Source of the DNA: Brevundimonas sp.
Lineage (GTDB): Bacteria > Pseudomonadota > Alphaproteobacteria > Caulobacterales > Caulobacteraceae
Direction of reading: 5' to 3'
NCBI GenBank assembly: GCA_034676465.1
Contig: JAUCCG010000069.1
Span: 1,283-65,282 of the forward strand
Length of the DNA: 64,000 nucleotides
The translations under genes and the position numbers were made by a program. Below the pieces are notes generated by a model. That model was not told the DNA's origin and did no database searches. It was given only the letters and a program-made list of their open reading frames with translations. Position 1 is the first letter of the stretch. The number at the start of each line of letters is the position of its first letter. This document shows, piece by piece, positions 1-9,111 of this stretch.

Positions 1-334
1 ATCCGCCGTGTCCTCGGCTCAGCACCCCCGGCGTATTGGTGACGATCAACCCGCGCCCGACTGCCGCCTCGATGTCGATATGATCGACCCCGGCCCCGAA
101 ACTGGCGATCATCTTCAACTGCTCTCCGGCCCCGGCGATCAGGGTCGCGTCGATCGCATCGGTGATGGTCGGCACCAGCACGTCGGCGCGCTGCACGGCC
201 GCCGCCTCCAGCGCCGCCCGGTCCATCGGGCGGTCCGACAGGTTCAGTTCGGCGTCAAACAGTTCGCGCATCCGCGTCTCGACCGCGTCGGGCAGGCGTC
301 TGGTTAATACGACCTTAAGCTTGCGCACGGACAT
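1..334 (-). CDS. D-isomer 2-hydroxyacid (glyoxylate/D-glycerate) dehydrogenase, N-terminal part, runs off the window
   Basis: Manual translation MSVRKLKVVLTRRLPDAVETRMRELFDAELNLSD...MIASFGAGVDHIDI...IVTNTPGVL, typical of the family; absent from the ORF track. Confidence 0.85.
   Translation of the reverse strand, partial: MSVRKLKVVLTRRLPDAVETRMRELFDAELNLSDRPMDRAALEAAAVQRADVLVPTITDAIDATLIAGAGEQLKMIASFGAGVDHIDIEAAVGRGLIVTNTPGVLSRGHGG
304..318. promoter_or_regulatory. CtrA-binding box
   Basis: TTAA-TACGACC-TTAA, a perfect TTAA-N7-TTAA (TTAA-N7-TTAAC on the minus strand). Confidence 0.65.
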
Positions 335-355
335 TCGGAGCCTTCGGATTGACGG

Positions 356-1001
356 GTGACGACGGGCGACAGCGCCCAGGGGTGCCCGCCCGCGACGGAT
401 TTCATACCGGTGTCTAGCAAAGCTGTCCCCCGCCGCCAAAGCCTGTCGAGACGGATTGCTCTCGGCGCGGCCACCATCGGCCTGGGCCTGATGGTCGGGG
501 CCGGGGCCACGATGCCCGACGGACGCCCGACACCGACCGGTTTCGACGTGCCGCGCTGGGTCACCCTGAAGTCGTCGCGCGTGCGCGCCCGTCAGGGTCC
601 GGGCCTCGACTATCGCATCCTGCTTGGGAATACCGGGGCTCGGGCCTGCCCGGTCCAGGTGATCGCGGAAACCCGGGAATGGCGCAAGATCTGCGACCCC
701 CAGGGATCGGTCGCCTTGGATCCACCGCACCGTCGCCTCCGGCCGGCGTACCGTTTTCAATCCGACGGCCGTCGAGGTTCCGGTTCACACCGGGCAGTCG
801 GACCAGTCGCCCCTGCGCGCGCGCCTGTCGCCCCGGGCCACCGTGCCGCTGGACGCGTGCGAATCCGGCTGGTGTCGTATCCGCGCCCGCAAGCTGCGCG
901 GCTGGGTCCGCGCCGATGCCGTGTTCGGGACCCAGGGCCAGCCCCTGTGCGACGCCGCCCGTCCGGCGGGACAGGGCCCGGACCCACTCCCCGCCAGTTG
1001 A
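356..1001 (+). CDS. Exported bacterial SH3-domain (SH3_4-like) protein; frameshifted, start uncertain
   Basis: VPRWVTLKSSRVRARQGPGLDYRI..LPVQVIAETREWRKICDP..GWCRIRARKLRGWVR across frames; hydrophobic leader. Confidence 0.7.
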
Positions 1002-1089
1002 GCCGTCCGCCCGCCTCGTGTAACCCGGCGCAACACCGGCCCCATGCAGCGCGACGCGCGGCGGGTCGAAAGACATCCGGAGCGCCTGA

Positions 1090-1632
1090 GTGACCCAGTC
1101 GAAATACCCGTCGTCGTTCGATCACGAGGCCCTGCTGGCCTCGGGCCGTGGCGAGCTGTTCGGCCCGGGCAATGCCCAGCTGCCGGCCCCGCCCATGCTG
1201 ATGTTCGACCGGATCGTGACGATCAATGGCGACGGCGGTGAACACGGCAAGGGCTATGTCGAGGCCGAACTCGACATCCATCCCGACCTCTGGTTCTTCC
1301 AGTGCCATTTCATCGGCGACCCGGTCATGCCCGGCTGTCTCGGCCTCGACGCCATGTGGCAGCTGGTCGGCTTCTATCTGGGCTGGATCGGCGGCCCCGG
1401 TCGCGGTCGCGCGCTCGGGGTCGGTGAGGTCAAATTCACCGGTCAGGTCCAGCCGGACGTGAAAAAAGTCGTCTACAAGATCAATCTCAAGCGGGTCATC
1501 AATCGCCGATTGGTGATGGGAATCGCCGACGGGGTGCTCGAAGCCGACGGCGTCCCGATCTATACTGCAACGGACATGCGGGTCGGCCTGTTCGGTGCGC
1601 CTTCAGGCACTGACGCCGCCGCCGGCGGCTGA
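1090..1632 (+). CDS. fabA: 3-hydroxyacyl-ACP dehydratase/isomerase
   Basis: [20 protein letters not shown]; [25 protein letters not shown]. Confidence 0.97.
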   Translation: MTQSKYPSSFDHEALLASGRGELFGPGNAQLPAPPMLMFDRIVTINGDGGEHGKGYVEAELDIHPDLWFFQCHFIGDPVMPGCLGLDAMWQLVGFYLGWIGGPGRGRALGVGEVKFTGQVQPDVKKVVYKINLKRVINRRLVMGIADGVLEADGVPIYTATDMRVGLFGAPSGTDAAAGG

Positions 1633-1690
1633 TCGGCGGCACACAACAATCGCGGTCAACGCGGATACGGATTTAGGTAAGGAAGTCAGC

Positions 1691-2920
1691 ATGCGGCGTG
1701 TGGTCGTCACCGGTCTGGGTATCGTCTCTTCCATCGGCACGGGCCAGGACGAGGTCACCGCCTCCCTGCGCGAGGCGCGCTCGGGCGTGGTGGCGGCTCC
1801 GGATCACATCAAGCACGGCTTCCGCTCCCAGGTCTGGGCCCCGCCCGCGCTGGGTGCGACGGCCGAAGACTGGGCCCCTCTGGTCGATCGCCGCGCGGCC
1901 CGCTTCCTCGCCAACGGCACGGCCTGGGGTCACATCGCCTTTGAGGAGGCGCTGAAGGATTCCGGCCTGACCGCCGAAGAGATCCAGTCCGAACGCATCG
2001 GCCTGATCGTCGGCGAGGGCGGGCCCTCGACCCAGATCATCCTGCAGGCGGCGGCCACCACGATCGAAAGGGGCTCGCCCAAGCGCATCGGCCCGTTCGC
2101 CGTGCCCAAGGCCATGGCCTCGGGACCGTCCGCCGTTCTGGCCACCTGGTTCCAGCTCAAGGGCATCAACTATTCGATCAGCTCGGCCTGCGCGACCAGC
2201 GCCCACTGCATCGGCGCCGGCGCCGAACAGATCGCCTGGGGCAAGCAGGACGTGGTCTTCGCCGGCGGCTGTGAGGATATCGACTGGTCGATGTCCAACA
2301 TGTTCGACGCGATGGGGGCCATGTCCTCCAACTTCAACGACACGCCGGCCACGGCCTCGCGCGCCTATGACACCACCCGCGACGGCTTCGTCATCGCCGG
2401 CGGGGCCGGCATCGTCGTGCTGGAAGAGTATGAGCGGGCCGTGGCGCGCGGCGCGACCATCTACGCCGAGGTCACCGGTTACGGGGCCAACTCGGACGGT
2501 TACGACATGGTCGCCCCCTCGGGCGAGGGAGCCGAGCGCTGCATGAAGATCGCGCTGGACATGGCCGGCAATCCGAAGATCGACTATCTGAACCCGGACG
2601 GCACCTCGACGCCGGTCGGCGATTCCAAGGAGATGGGCGCGGTGCGCAATGTCTTCGGCGACGACCTGCCGATGATCTCCTCGACCAAGTCGCTGACCGG
2701 CCATTCGCTCGGCGCGGCCGGGGCGCAGGAGGCGATCTACTGCCTGCTGATGATGAAGCACGACTTCGCCGCCGAGAGCGCGCACATCGAGACCCTGGAC
2801 CCCGAGTTCGAGGGCATGCCGATCCTCAGGAAGCGCCACGACGGCCCCCTGACCCACGTCATGTCCAACAGCTTCGGATTCGGCGGCACCAACGGCACGC
2901 TGATCCTCAGCAAGGTCTGA
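1691..2920 (+). CDS. fabB: 3-oxoacyl-ACP synthase I
   Basis: [13 protein letters not shown]; [13 protein letters not shown]; [12 protein letters not shown]; [10 protein letters not shown]; directly after fabA. Confidence 0.95.
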   Translation: MRRVVVTGLGIVSSIGTGQDEVTASLREARSGVVAAPDHIKHGFRSQVWAPPALGATAEDWAPLVDRRAARFLANGTAWGHIAFEEALKDSGLTAEEIQSERIGLIVGEGGPSTQIILQAAATTIERGSPKRIGPFAVPKAMASGPSAVLATWFQLKGINYSISSACATSAHCIGAGAEQIAWGKQDVVFAGGCEDIDWSMSNMFDAMGAMSSNFNDTPATASRAYDTTRDGFVIAGGAGIVVLEEYERAVARGATIYAEVTGYGANSDGYDMVAPSGEGAERCMKIALDMAGNPKIDYLNPDGTSTPVGDSKEMGAVRNVFGDDLPMISSTKSLTGHSLGAAGAQEAIYCLLMMKHDFAAESAHIETLDPEFEGMPILRKRHDGPLTHVMSNSFGFGGTNGTLILSKV

Positions 2921-2979
2921 TCCCGGGAGCCAAGCCGGCCTCTGCGCGCTAGAAGGGTCTGCCAGATCGAGGTGAGACC

Positions 2980-4233
2980 CTGAACGCCAGTCCCTACGTC
3001 CTGTTTCTGCTCGGCCTCGGGGCCGTGATCCTGATGGTGTCCTGGGCCCCGGTCGGGCTCAAGCGCTGGCCGCTGACCCTGGCCATCCTGTGCGTCGGCA
3101 TCGGCGTGGTGGTATTCAGCGCCGGCGTGCTGGCCTTCGATCCCGACCCGCGCACCTGGGACACCCTGACCGAACGGCTGGCCGAGCTGGTCGTCATCAT
3201 CAGCCTGATGGGGGCCGGGCTCAAACTGGACCGGCCGCTGGGCTGGAAGCGCTGGGGCTCGACCTGGCGACTACTGGCCGTGGCCATGCCCCTGACCATC
3301 ACCGCCACCGCCTGGCTGGGCTTCATGGGCCTCGGCTTCAGCCTGGCCATGTCCCTGCTGCTGGGGGCGGCCATGGCCCCGACCGACCCGGTGCTGGCCG
3401 CCGATGTCCAGGTCGGGCCGCCGCGCTCGGGCGACGACGACGAGGTCCGCTTCGGCCTGACCTCCGAAGCCGGTCTCAACGACGCCCTGGCCTTCCCGTT
3501 GGTGCATCTGGCCATCCTCGCCGCCGCGGGAGGCCTCGCCTCGACCGCCGCCCTGGTCGACTGGTTCACGATCAAGGTGGTGTGGAAGCTGCTGGCCGGA
3601 GCCGGAGTCGGCTATCTGGTCGGGCGCGGTCTCGGCTTTCTGATCTTTCACAGCCAGAAGGCCGGGCTGTCGCGCCTCGGCGACGGTCTGGTGGCGCTGG
3701 CGGCCACCTTCCTCGCCTATGCCGTGACCGAGCTGGCCCACGGCTATGGTTTCCTGGCTGTGTTCATCTGCGGCCTGACCATCCGCGCCCGGGAGCGCGA
3801 CAACGACTTCCACAAGGAGATGCACGACTTCTCCGACCAGTTCGAACGGCTGCTGATGATGCTGCTGCTGGTGCTGTTCGGCGGGGCCCTGGCCAACGGC
3901 CTGCTGGACGCCCTGACCTGGACCGACGCCGCCATCGGCCTGGCCATCCTGCTGGTGGTGCGTCCGGTCGCCGGCCTGATCGCCATGATCGGCTCGCCCC
4001 AGCCGTGGCGCAAGCGACTGCTGATGGCCTTCCTCGGAATCCGCGGCATCGGCTCGATCTATTATGTGGCCTATGCCATCAACCACGGCGATTTCGGCAA
4101 CAGCGAGCGGCTGTGGGCCATCGTCGGCTTTATCATCCTCGCCTCGATCCTGATCCACGGCGTCAGCGCCAGCCCGATGCTGATGCGACTGGCGCGCCGC
4201 CGGGGTCGCGAGGACCCGACGACCATCAGCTGA
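2980..4233 (+). CDS. CPA1/NhaP-type cation:proton antiporter
   Basis: Multiple TM helices; LLLGAAMAPTDPVLA, SEAGLNDALAFP, GIRGIGS; likely CTG start at 2980 behind GAGG. Confidence 0.88.
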   Translation: MNASPYVLFLLGLGAVILMVSWAPVGLKRWPLTLAILCVGIGVVVFSAGVLAFDPDPRTWDTLTERLAELVVIISLMGAGLKLDRPLGWKRWGSTWRLLAVAMPLTITATAWLGFMGLGFSLAMSLLLGAAMAPTDPVLAADVQVGPPRSGDDDEVRFGLTSEAGLNDALAFPLVHLAILAAAGGLASTAALVDWFTIKVVWKLLAGAGVGYLVGRGLGFLIFHSQKAGLSRLGDGLVALAATFLAYAVTELAHGYGFLAVFICGLTIRARERDNDFHKEMHDFSDQFERLLMMLLLVLFGGALANGLLDALTWTDAAIGLAILLVVRPVAGLIAMIGSPQPWRKRLLMAFLGIRGIGSIYYVAYAINHGDFGNSERLWAIVGFIILASILIHGVSASPMLMRLARRRGREDPTTIS

Positions 4234-4292
4234 CGCTTTCCCCGCGCGCGGCCCCCTGCTAACCCTCGGCCCAACAGTTCAGGAGACAGACC

Positions 4293-5114
4293 ATGACGAG
4301 CGAGAGCGGCTGGAACATGCCCAGGGGTGACCTCATGAAGGGCAAGAAGGGCCTGATCATGGGAGTCGCGAACAGCAACTCCATCGCCTGGGGCATCGCC
4401 TCGCAGCTGGCCGCCCAGGGGGCCGAGCTGGCCTTCACCTATCTGGGCGAGGGGCTGGAGCGCCGGGTGCGCCCGCTGGCCGAGAGCGTCGGCGCGAAAC
4501 TGCTGGTCCAGGCCGACGTGACCGACGACGCCTCGATGGACGCCGCCTTCGCCGAGCTGGAAAAGGAGTTCGGCACGCTCGACTTCGTCGTCCACTCCGT
4601 GGCCTTCGCCAACAAGGACGAGCTCAAGGGCTCCTTCGTCGAGAATACCAGCCGCGACAGCTTCCTGCTGGCCATGAACATCTCGGCCTTCAGCTTCGTC
4701 GACGTGGCCAAACGCGCCGCGCGGATCATGCCCAATGGCGGGTCGATGATCACCATGACCTATCTCGGGTCCGAGCGGGCCATCCCCAACTACAACACCA
4801 TGGGCGTGGCCAAGGCGGCGCTGGAGGCGGCCACCCGCTACATCGCCCGCGACCTGGGACCCAAGGGCATCCGCGTCAACGCCATCTCGGCCGGGGCCAT
4901 GCGCACCCTGTCGCTGGCCGGCATCTCGGGCGGTCGCGGCATGATCAGCCAGGGCCGCGCCATGAGCGCGATGAAGGAGGACACCTCGATGGAGGGGGTC
5001 GCCGGCTGCGCCCTGTGGCTGTGTTCGGACCTGGGCCTGTCGACCACCGGCGAGATCATCCACGTCGACGCCGGCTTCCACATGATGGGCCTGGCCGGCG
5101 ACGAGGAGGGTTGA
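4293..5114 (+). CDS. fabI: Enoyl-ACP reductase
   Basis: GKKGLIMGVANSNSIAWGIA; YNTMGVAKAALE; TGEIIHVDAGFH. Confidence 0.96.
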   Translation: MTSESGWNMPRGDLMKGKKGLIMGVANSNSIAWGIASQLAAQGAELAFTYLGEGLERRVRPLAESVGAKLLVQADVTDDASMDAAFAELEKEFGTLDFVVHSVAFANKDELKGSFVENTSRDSFLLAMNISAFSFVDVAKRAARIMPNGGSMITMTYLGSERAIPNYNTMGVAKAALEAATRYIARDLGPKGIRVNAISAGAMRTLSLAGISGGRGMISQGRAMSAMKEDTSMEGVAGCALWLCSDLGLSTTGEIIHVDAGFHMMGLAGDEEG

Positions 5115-5212
5115 CCCCCGGTTGCGCCGGATACTCGAGCCCCCCTTAACGGGAATTTGATTCGGCGCACAACCGGTCCTCAGACATCGTGCCGTCTCCT
5201 ACAGACATGAGG
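5034..5212 (+). repeat. Direct repeat copy 1: fabI 3' end plus downstream promoter region
   Basis: GGCCTGTCGACC...GGCTTCCACATGATGGGCCTGGCCGGCGACGAGG...TAACGGGAATTT...CATCGTGCCGTCT...ACAGAC..GAGG, repeated at 5737-5912. Confidence 0.95.
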
Positions 5213-5256
5213 TCCGGAGGTGAACCGTGATGCCCAGCCCTGTCCGTAGTCGCGCC

Positions 5257-5788
5257 ATGTACCGATTATGCATGGGTCTGGGTTTGCTGCTGTTGTCGGC
5301 AGGCTGCGCCAACACAAGGCCTGCCAATTATCGCGGACCCGCAGACTGCGGTCTCTGAACCCTGGCCGTTTGGGAGTCTGGTGGCGCAAGGATCCCGAGG
5401 TCATCGGCTCGAGATCGCCACAGAGGCCGGTGTGTTCAACCATGCGACGGCGACACTGGGTTTCGAAGGTCAAACGTGGCGGGTGACGGATACGGACTGC
5501 CCGCAGTTCCGCGCGGCACTTGATGCCTTTCAGATCCTTCCCGCCCTCAAGCCAGGACCCGCCCTGCTTCAGCCGGGCGCGCGCGGGCATCCCATGCCGC
5601 CGTACCGACCGCACGGTGGAAATTGGACGATCAGAACCCAGCTATACGCGCCGGACTGGTCGTTCATGGACGTGGAAATGCGCGGCGGACAAGGGCCCTA
5701 CGCCTTCTGGCTGACCGATACGGTGGCCGTGATCAAGGCCTGTCGACCGCCGGCGAGATCATCCACGTCGACGCCGGCTTCCACATGA
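5257..5788 (+). CDS. Lipoprotein, paralogue A of a two-Cys exported family (frameshift near 5316)
   Basis: MYRLCMGLGLLLLSAG-C lipobox; joins the frame of ORF 5381..5788 (WRVTDTDCPQF...IKAC). Confidence 0.7.
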
Positions 5789-5912
5789 TGGGCCTGGCCG
5801 GCGACGAGGCGAGCTGACCCCGGTCGCGCCGGACACTCCTCCCGCCTAACGGGAATTTAATTCGGAACGCAACCGGCCCTCAGCCATCGTGCCGTCTGTG
5901 ACAGACGGGAGG
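5737..5912 (+). repeat. Direct repeat copy 2: fabI tail remnant plus promoter region
   Basis: Encodes GLSTAGEIIHVDAGFHMMGLAGDEAS*, nearly identical to the FabI C-terminus; intergenic part more diverged. Confidence 0.95.
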
Positions 5913-5918
5913 CGAGCC

Positions 5919-6612
5919 GTGACGGACCCAACCAACCCGGGCGACATCAGCGTCGTCGGCCAGCGCCGGTGGCCCGGAGGATCGTTCCCGGGCGGTGGTG
6001 GCGGAGGCAAGGACGAGACCACCGGGGAAGTCCCGGAAACGGAAGAACTGCCGGACCCGCTTGAAGAGGTCATGCCGGATCCCTGCGCGGAACTCAGTGC
6101 TGGCCGTGGACTGGAACGCCGATGCGGCAGCGGCGGAAGCCGCTAGGAAATTTCCAGAACAGGCCGCCGCCCGGTCCCCAGCCGAAGACTTGAATACAAG
6201 AGAGTGGGGGGCGTACCTCTATCGCGCTGGGGACGGTTCAATCCAGGTCGGGCCGATCACCCCGGGGCCAGCGTTCTCCTTCGGGGGGTCAGGTACAGTG
6301 AGACCGATCTTGGGCGATTTCGATCCTTCAGCAATCGTGGGATCCGTGCATAGCCACAGTGCTGGAAATCACCTCCCTTCCAGCGGGAACGACCAGGAAC
6401 CCGGTGATATCCAACATTTGACCGGACTGGTGGCCTATTCGGGAAACCCGTCCGCCCGCCTTTATATCGTTGCCCAAAATCAGGGGCCTGCCGGCTTTGT
6501 TCCCTACAATCAGATCAACATCTATAATCAATCGACGATCCAGCAGACCCGTGACAACTTTACCCCCGGGCCTGAAGTTAACCCCGACGGAACGCCATGT
6601 CCCGGAACCTAA
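5919..6612 (+). CDS. Putative toxin: TonB-box-like N-terminus, Gly linker, JAB/DUF4329-like domain (frameshift near 6089)
   Basis: GGGAGG then GTG; MTDPTNPGDISVVGQRR..GGGGGG; REWGAYLY; VGSVHSHSAGNHLPSSGND. Confidence 0.65.
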
Positions 6613-7235
6613 TCACCCCGTTATTCGTGCTGGCCAGTATATTGTCGTGCGGAACAACCAGGGCCCAAGAGGCCGTGTTCGGTGCCAGCCTTCAACCGCG
6701 GATCGTTGAAGGTGAGGCGCAGAAGCCACCGGGGACCTTCTACATCGGTGGCTACAGCAGCCCGGGCGGTACGGCGCGATACGTCGTTCATTTCTATTCG
6801 GTCCGTGACCCGGCTGACAGGCGTCCGGAAGGCGTTCCCTACGTCTCCATTCCAATCGCGAGTCGGTCATACGAAACGGGGACTGGAACTGGACCGCAGC
6901 AATGGGCGGACGGTCGAGCCTGCGCCGCACTCTATGGCGTGATGTACGAGTTTGCTCGGCTTGTGCCGCCGCTGTTCCACACGCCCCGTTTCACTCCTGA
7001 ACCGGAGGGATCCTCCCGGCTGGGGTCGGTGCCGTTGGGGGTTCACGCGCCGATCGTTTCCGTCTGGGGCTACGCCCGGCAAGCGGACGGCGCGCCGATG
7101 AGCATGATGCTGACCGGAACCGACGGAATTATTGATCGCTGGGTCCGGTTTGCCGAAGACCAGCTTGCAGACTGCTGGGGCCCCGGGCGACCGACCTTCG
7201 AACAGGGACCGGTTCCGGCGACGCAATCGAAGTGA
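6597..7235 (+). CDS. Exported protein, paralogue B (candidate immunity)
   Basis: Signal peptide; WADGRACAAL...QLADCW; overlaps the upstream stop. Confidence 0.75.
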   Translation: MSRNLITPLFVLASILSCGTTRAQEAVFGASLQPRIVEGEAQKPPGTFYIGGYSSPGGTARYVVHFYSVRDPADRRPEGVPYVSIPIASRSYETGTGTGPQQWADGRACAALYGVMYEFARLVPPLFHTPRFTPEPEGSSRLGSVPLGVHAPIVSVWGYARQADGAPMSMMLTGTDGIIDRWVRFAEDQLADCWGPGRPTFEQGPVPATQSK

Positions 7236-7251
7236 ACCGGGAGGCGCAACC

Positions 7252-7772
7252 ATGTTCCTGACGATCTTGCTGGCTGGAGCGATCAACGCGGGACCGTCCC
7301 CGGTCGACTGGCTTCAACAGCTGCAGGCGGAGCCTTTCGAACGGTCGATGCCGAAGGCGGTCATCATCCAGACCCGGAAGTTTGCCGCCTCAACGGCCAT
7401 CAGCCTGTATGAGACGCGTTCGGCGGACGGGACCGGAACGGAGTCGTCTATCTGGCATGCGCGGCGCGAGGTCCGGACCGGAGATGACCGCGTTATCGCC
7501 TGGACCTCAACCGTGTCGTGCGCGCCGCTGTTCTCCGTCATCGTCGCCCTGGAGCGACTGGCGCTGCCGCATGTCGAGCTGCGCCAACCCCGGGCGGATC
7601 AGTTTCCGACACCCCGACCGGTGATGGGAGCCCTGCATCAGAGCCATCTGGTGTGGGTTACCGCTTGGGATCCGGAAACGCGCCGGTTCAGCTGACGCTG
7701 GAATCCCTCGGGTCCGGCCCGCCGAAACAGATCTATGACCTGGTCGACGCTCAACTTTCAGCGTGCTGGTAA
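7252..7772 (+). CDS. Exported protein, paralogue C (frameshift near 7680)
   Basis: GGGAGG RBS; MFLTILLAGAINA; WTSTVSCAPL...QLSACW*. Confidence 0.7.
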
Positions 7773-7839
7773 ACTCGAAGTCTCAAGGCAACGGAGCTCC
7801 GACCGAAGACAATGGCCAGGTCTCCGAGGACCTTCGACC

Positions 7840-8367
7840 TCAGTCCGGTTCGCGCTCGCCGATCTCTTCGGGGCGCACCACCCGCAGCCAGCCGTCGGCG
7901 ATGTGCAGGTCCGGCACCGCCGCGCGGGTGAAGGGCACGAACCAGGTCGGTCCACCGGTCGCCGGGGTGATCTCCAGCATGTCGCCGGCCCCGAAATTCT
8001 GCACGGTCCGCACCGTGCCCAGCACCGCGTCAGCCGGATCGCGCGCCTCCAGCCCGACCAGGTCGGCGAGGTAGAATTCGTCCTCGTCCGGCTCGGGGAA
8101 GCGGTCGCGCGGCACATAGAGTTTCAGATTGCGCAGGGCGTCGGCCTGTTCCTTGGTCTCGACTTCCTTTACCCGGCCGACGATGCCGTCCTTGGATGCA
8201 CGGGCCGTCGTCACGGTCAGGGCGTGGCTGCCGTCGGCCCGCAGCAGCGGTCCATAGGCGGTCAGGGCCAGGGGATCGGCCGTATAGGCGGTGATCTTGA
8301 CCTCGCCGCGCACGCCGAAACCGCCCGCCACATGGCCGACGAGGATGAGAGTGCTGTCTGTGGTCAT
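7840..8367 (-). CDS. rimM: Ribosome maturation factor RimM
   Basis: LVGHVAGGFGVRGEVKI; DEFYLADLVGL; NFGAGDMLEI; downstream of rpsP. Confidence 0.95.
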   Translation of the reverse strand: MTTDSTLILVGHVAGGFGVRGEVKITAYTADPLALTAYGPLLRADGSHALTVTTARASKDGIVGRVKEVETKEQADALRNLKLYVPRDRFPEPDEDEFYLADLVGLEARDPADAVLGTVRTVQNFGAGDMLEITPATGGPTWFVPFTRAAVPDLHIADGWLRVVRPEEIGEREPD

Positions 8368-8377
8368 CTTGTAAAGT

Positions 8378-8500
8378 CCCTCTCCCTTGGGGAGAGGGGT
8401 TGGGGTGAGGGGGTACGGCGTTTCCGCAGGACACACCGTAAGCCCTCACCCTCCCACGCGCTAACACGCGCGGGCCCCGCCCTCTCCCGCTGGGAGAGGG
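8378..8500. repeat. Palindromic intergenic repeat (CIR/RIME-like)
   Basis: CCCTCTCCC..GGGAGAGGG hairpins at both ends and GGGTGAGGG/CCCTCACCC inner arms. Confidence 0.85.
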
Positions 8501-8508
8501 TGTTCAAC

Positions 8509-9084
8509 TCAGGCCTCGGTCTTTTCTTCAGCCGGGGCTTCCTCGGCAGCGGCTTCAGCAGCGGGCGCTTCCTCAGCAGCAGCTTCGGCGGCCGGGGCCT
8601 CCTCGGCAGCGGCTTCCGGCTCGGGAGCCGGCGGGGCGTTCTTGGCGGCTTCGGCGGCGGCGGCGGCTTCTTCCTTGGCCTTCACGGCGGCCTCGGCGGC
8701 TTCGATCTTGGCCGCGGCCTCGGCCTCGGCGCGATCGGCTTCACGCTGGGCGCGCTCGGCGGTGCGTTCCTGGGCCTTCTTGCCCGGCAGCGCCTTCTTC
8801 GGGTTGTTCGACTGGGTCCACTTGACTGTCTGGCCCAGGGTCTCGTCCTGGCTCAGGAAGCGGGCGACGCGGTCGGTAGGCTGGGCCCCCTTGCCGAGCC
8901 ATTCGGCGATGCGCTCGACCTTCAGGGTGATGCGCGGCTTGTCGCCGTCCTTGGGCAGCATCGGATTGTAGGAACCGACGCGCTCGATGAATTTGCCGTC
9001 GCGCGGCGAGTGGGAGTCGGCGACGACGATATAGTAGTAGGGGCGCTTCTTGGCACCACCACGGGCCAGACAAATCTTCAGCAT
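8509..9084 (-). CDS. rpsP: 30S ribosomal protein S16 with Ala/Glu-rich tail
   Basis: [34 protein letters not shown]; GAQPTDRV. Confidence 0.97.
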   Translation of the reverse strand: MLKICLARGGAKKRPYYYIVVADSHSPRDGKFIERVGSYNPMLPKDGDKPRITLKVERIAEWLGKGAQPTDRVARFLSQDETLGQTVKWTQSNNPKKALPGKKAQERTAERAQREADRAEAEAAAKIEAAEAAVKAKEEAAAAAEAAKNAPPAPEPEAAAEEAPAAEAAAEEAPAAEAAAEEAPAEEKTEA

Positions 9085-9111
9085 TTTCAGTCTCTTTCCA
9101 GGGTTCTAATT

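Noticed and set aside
5034-5912. Repeat read as attL/attR of an integrative element
   Set aside because: No integrase nearby; the repeat is long, diverged and encloses only one gene.
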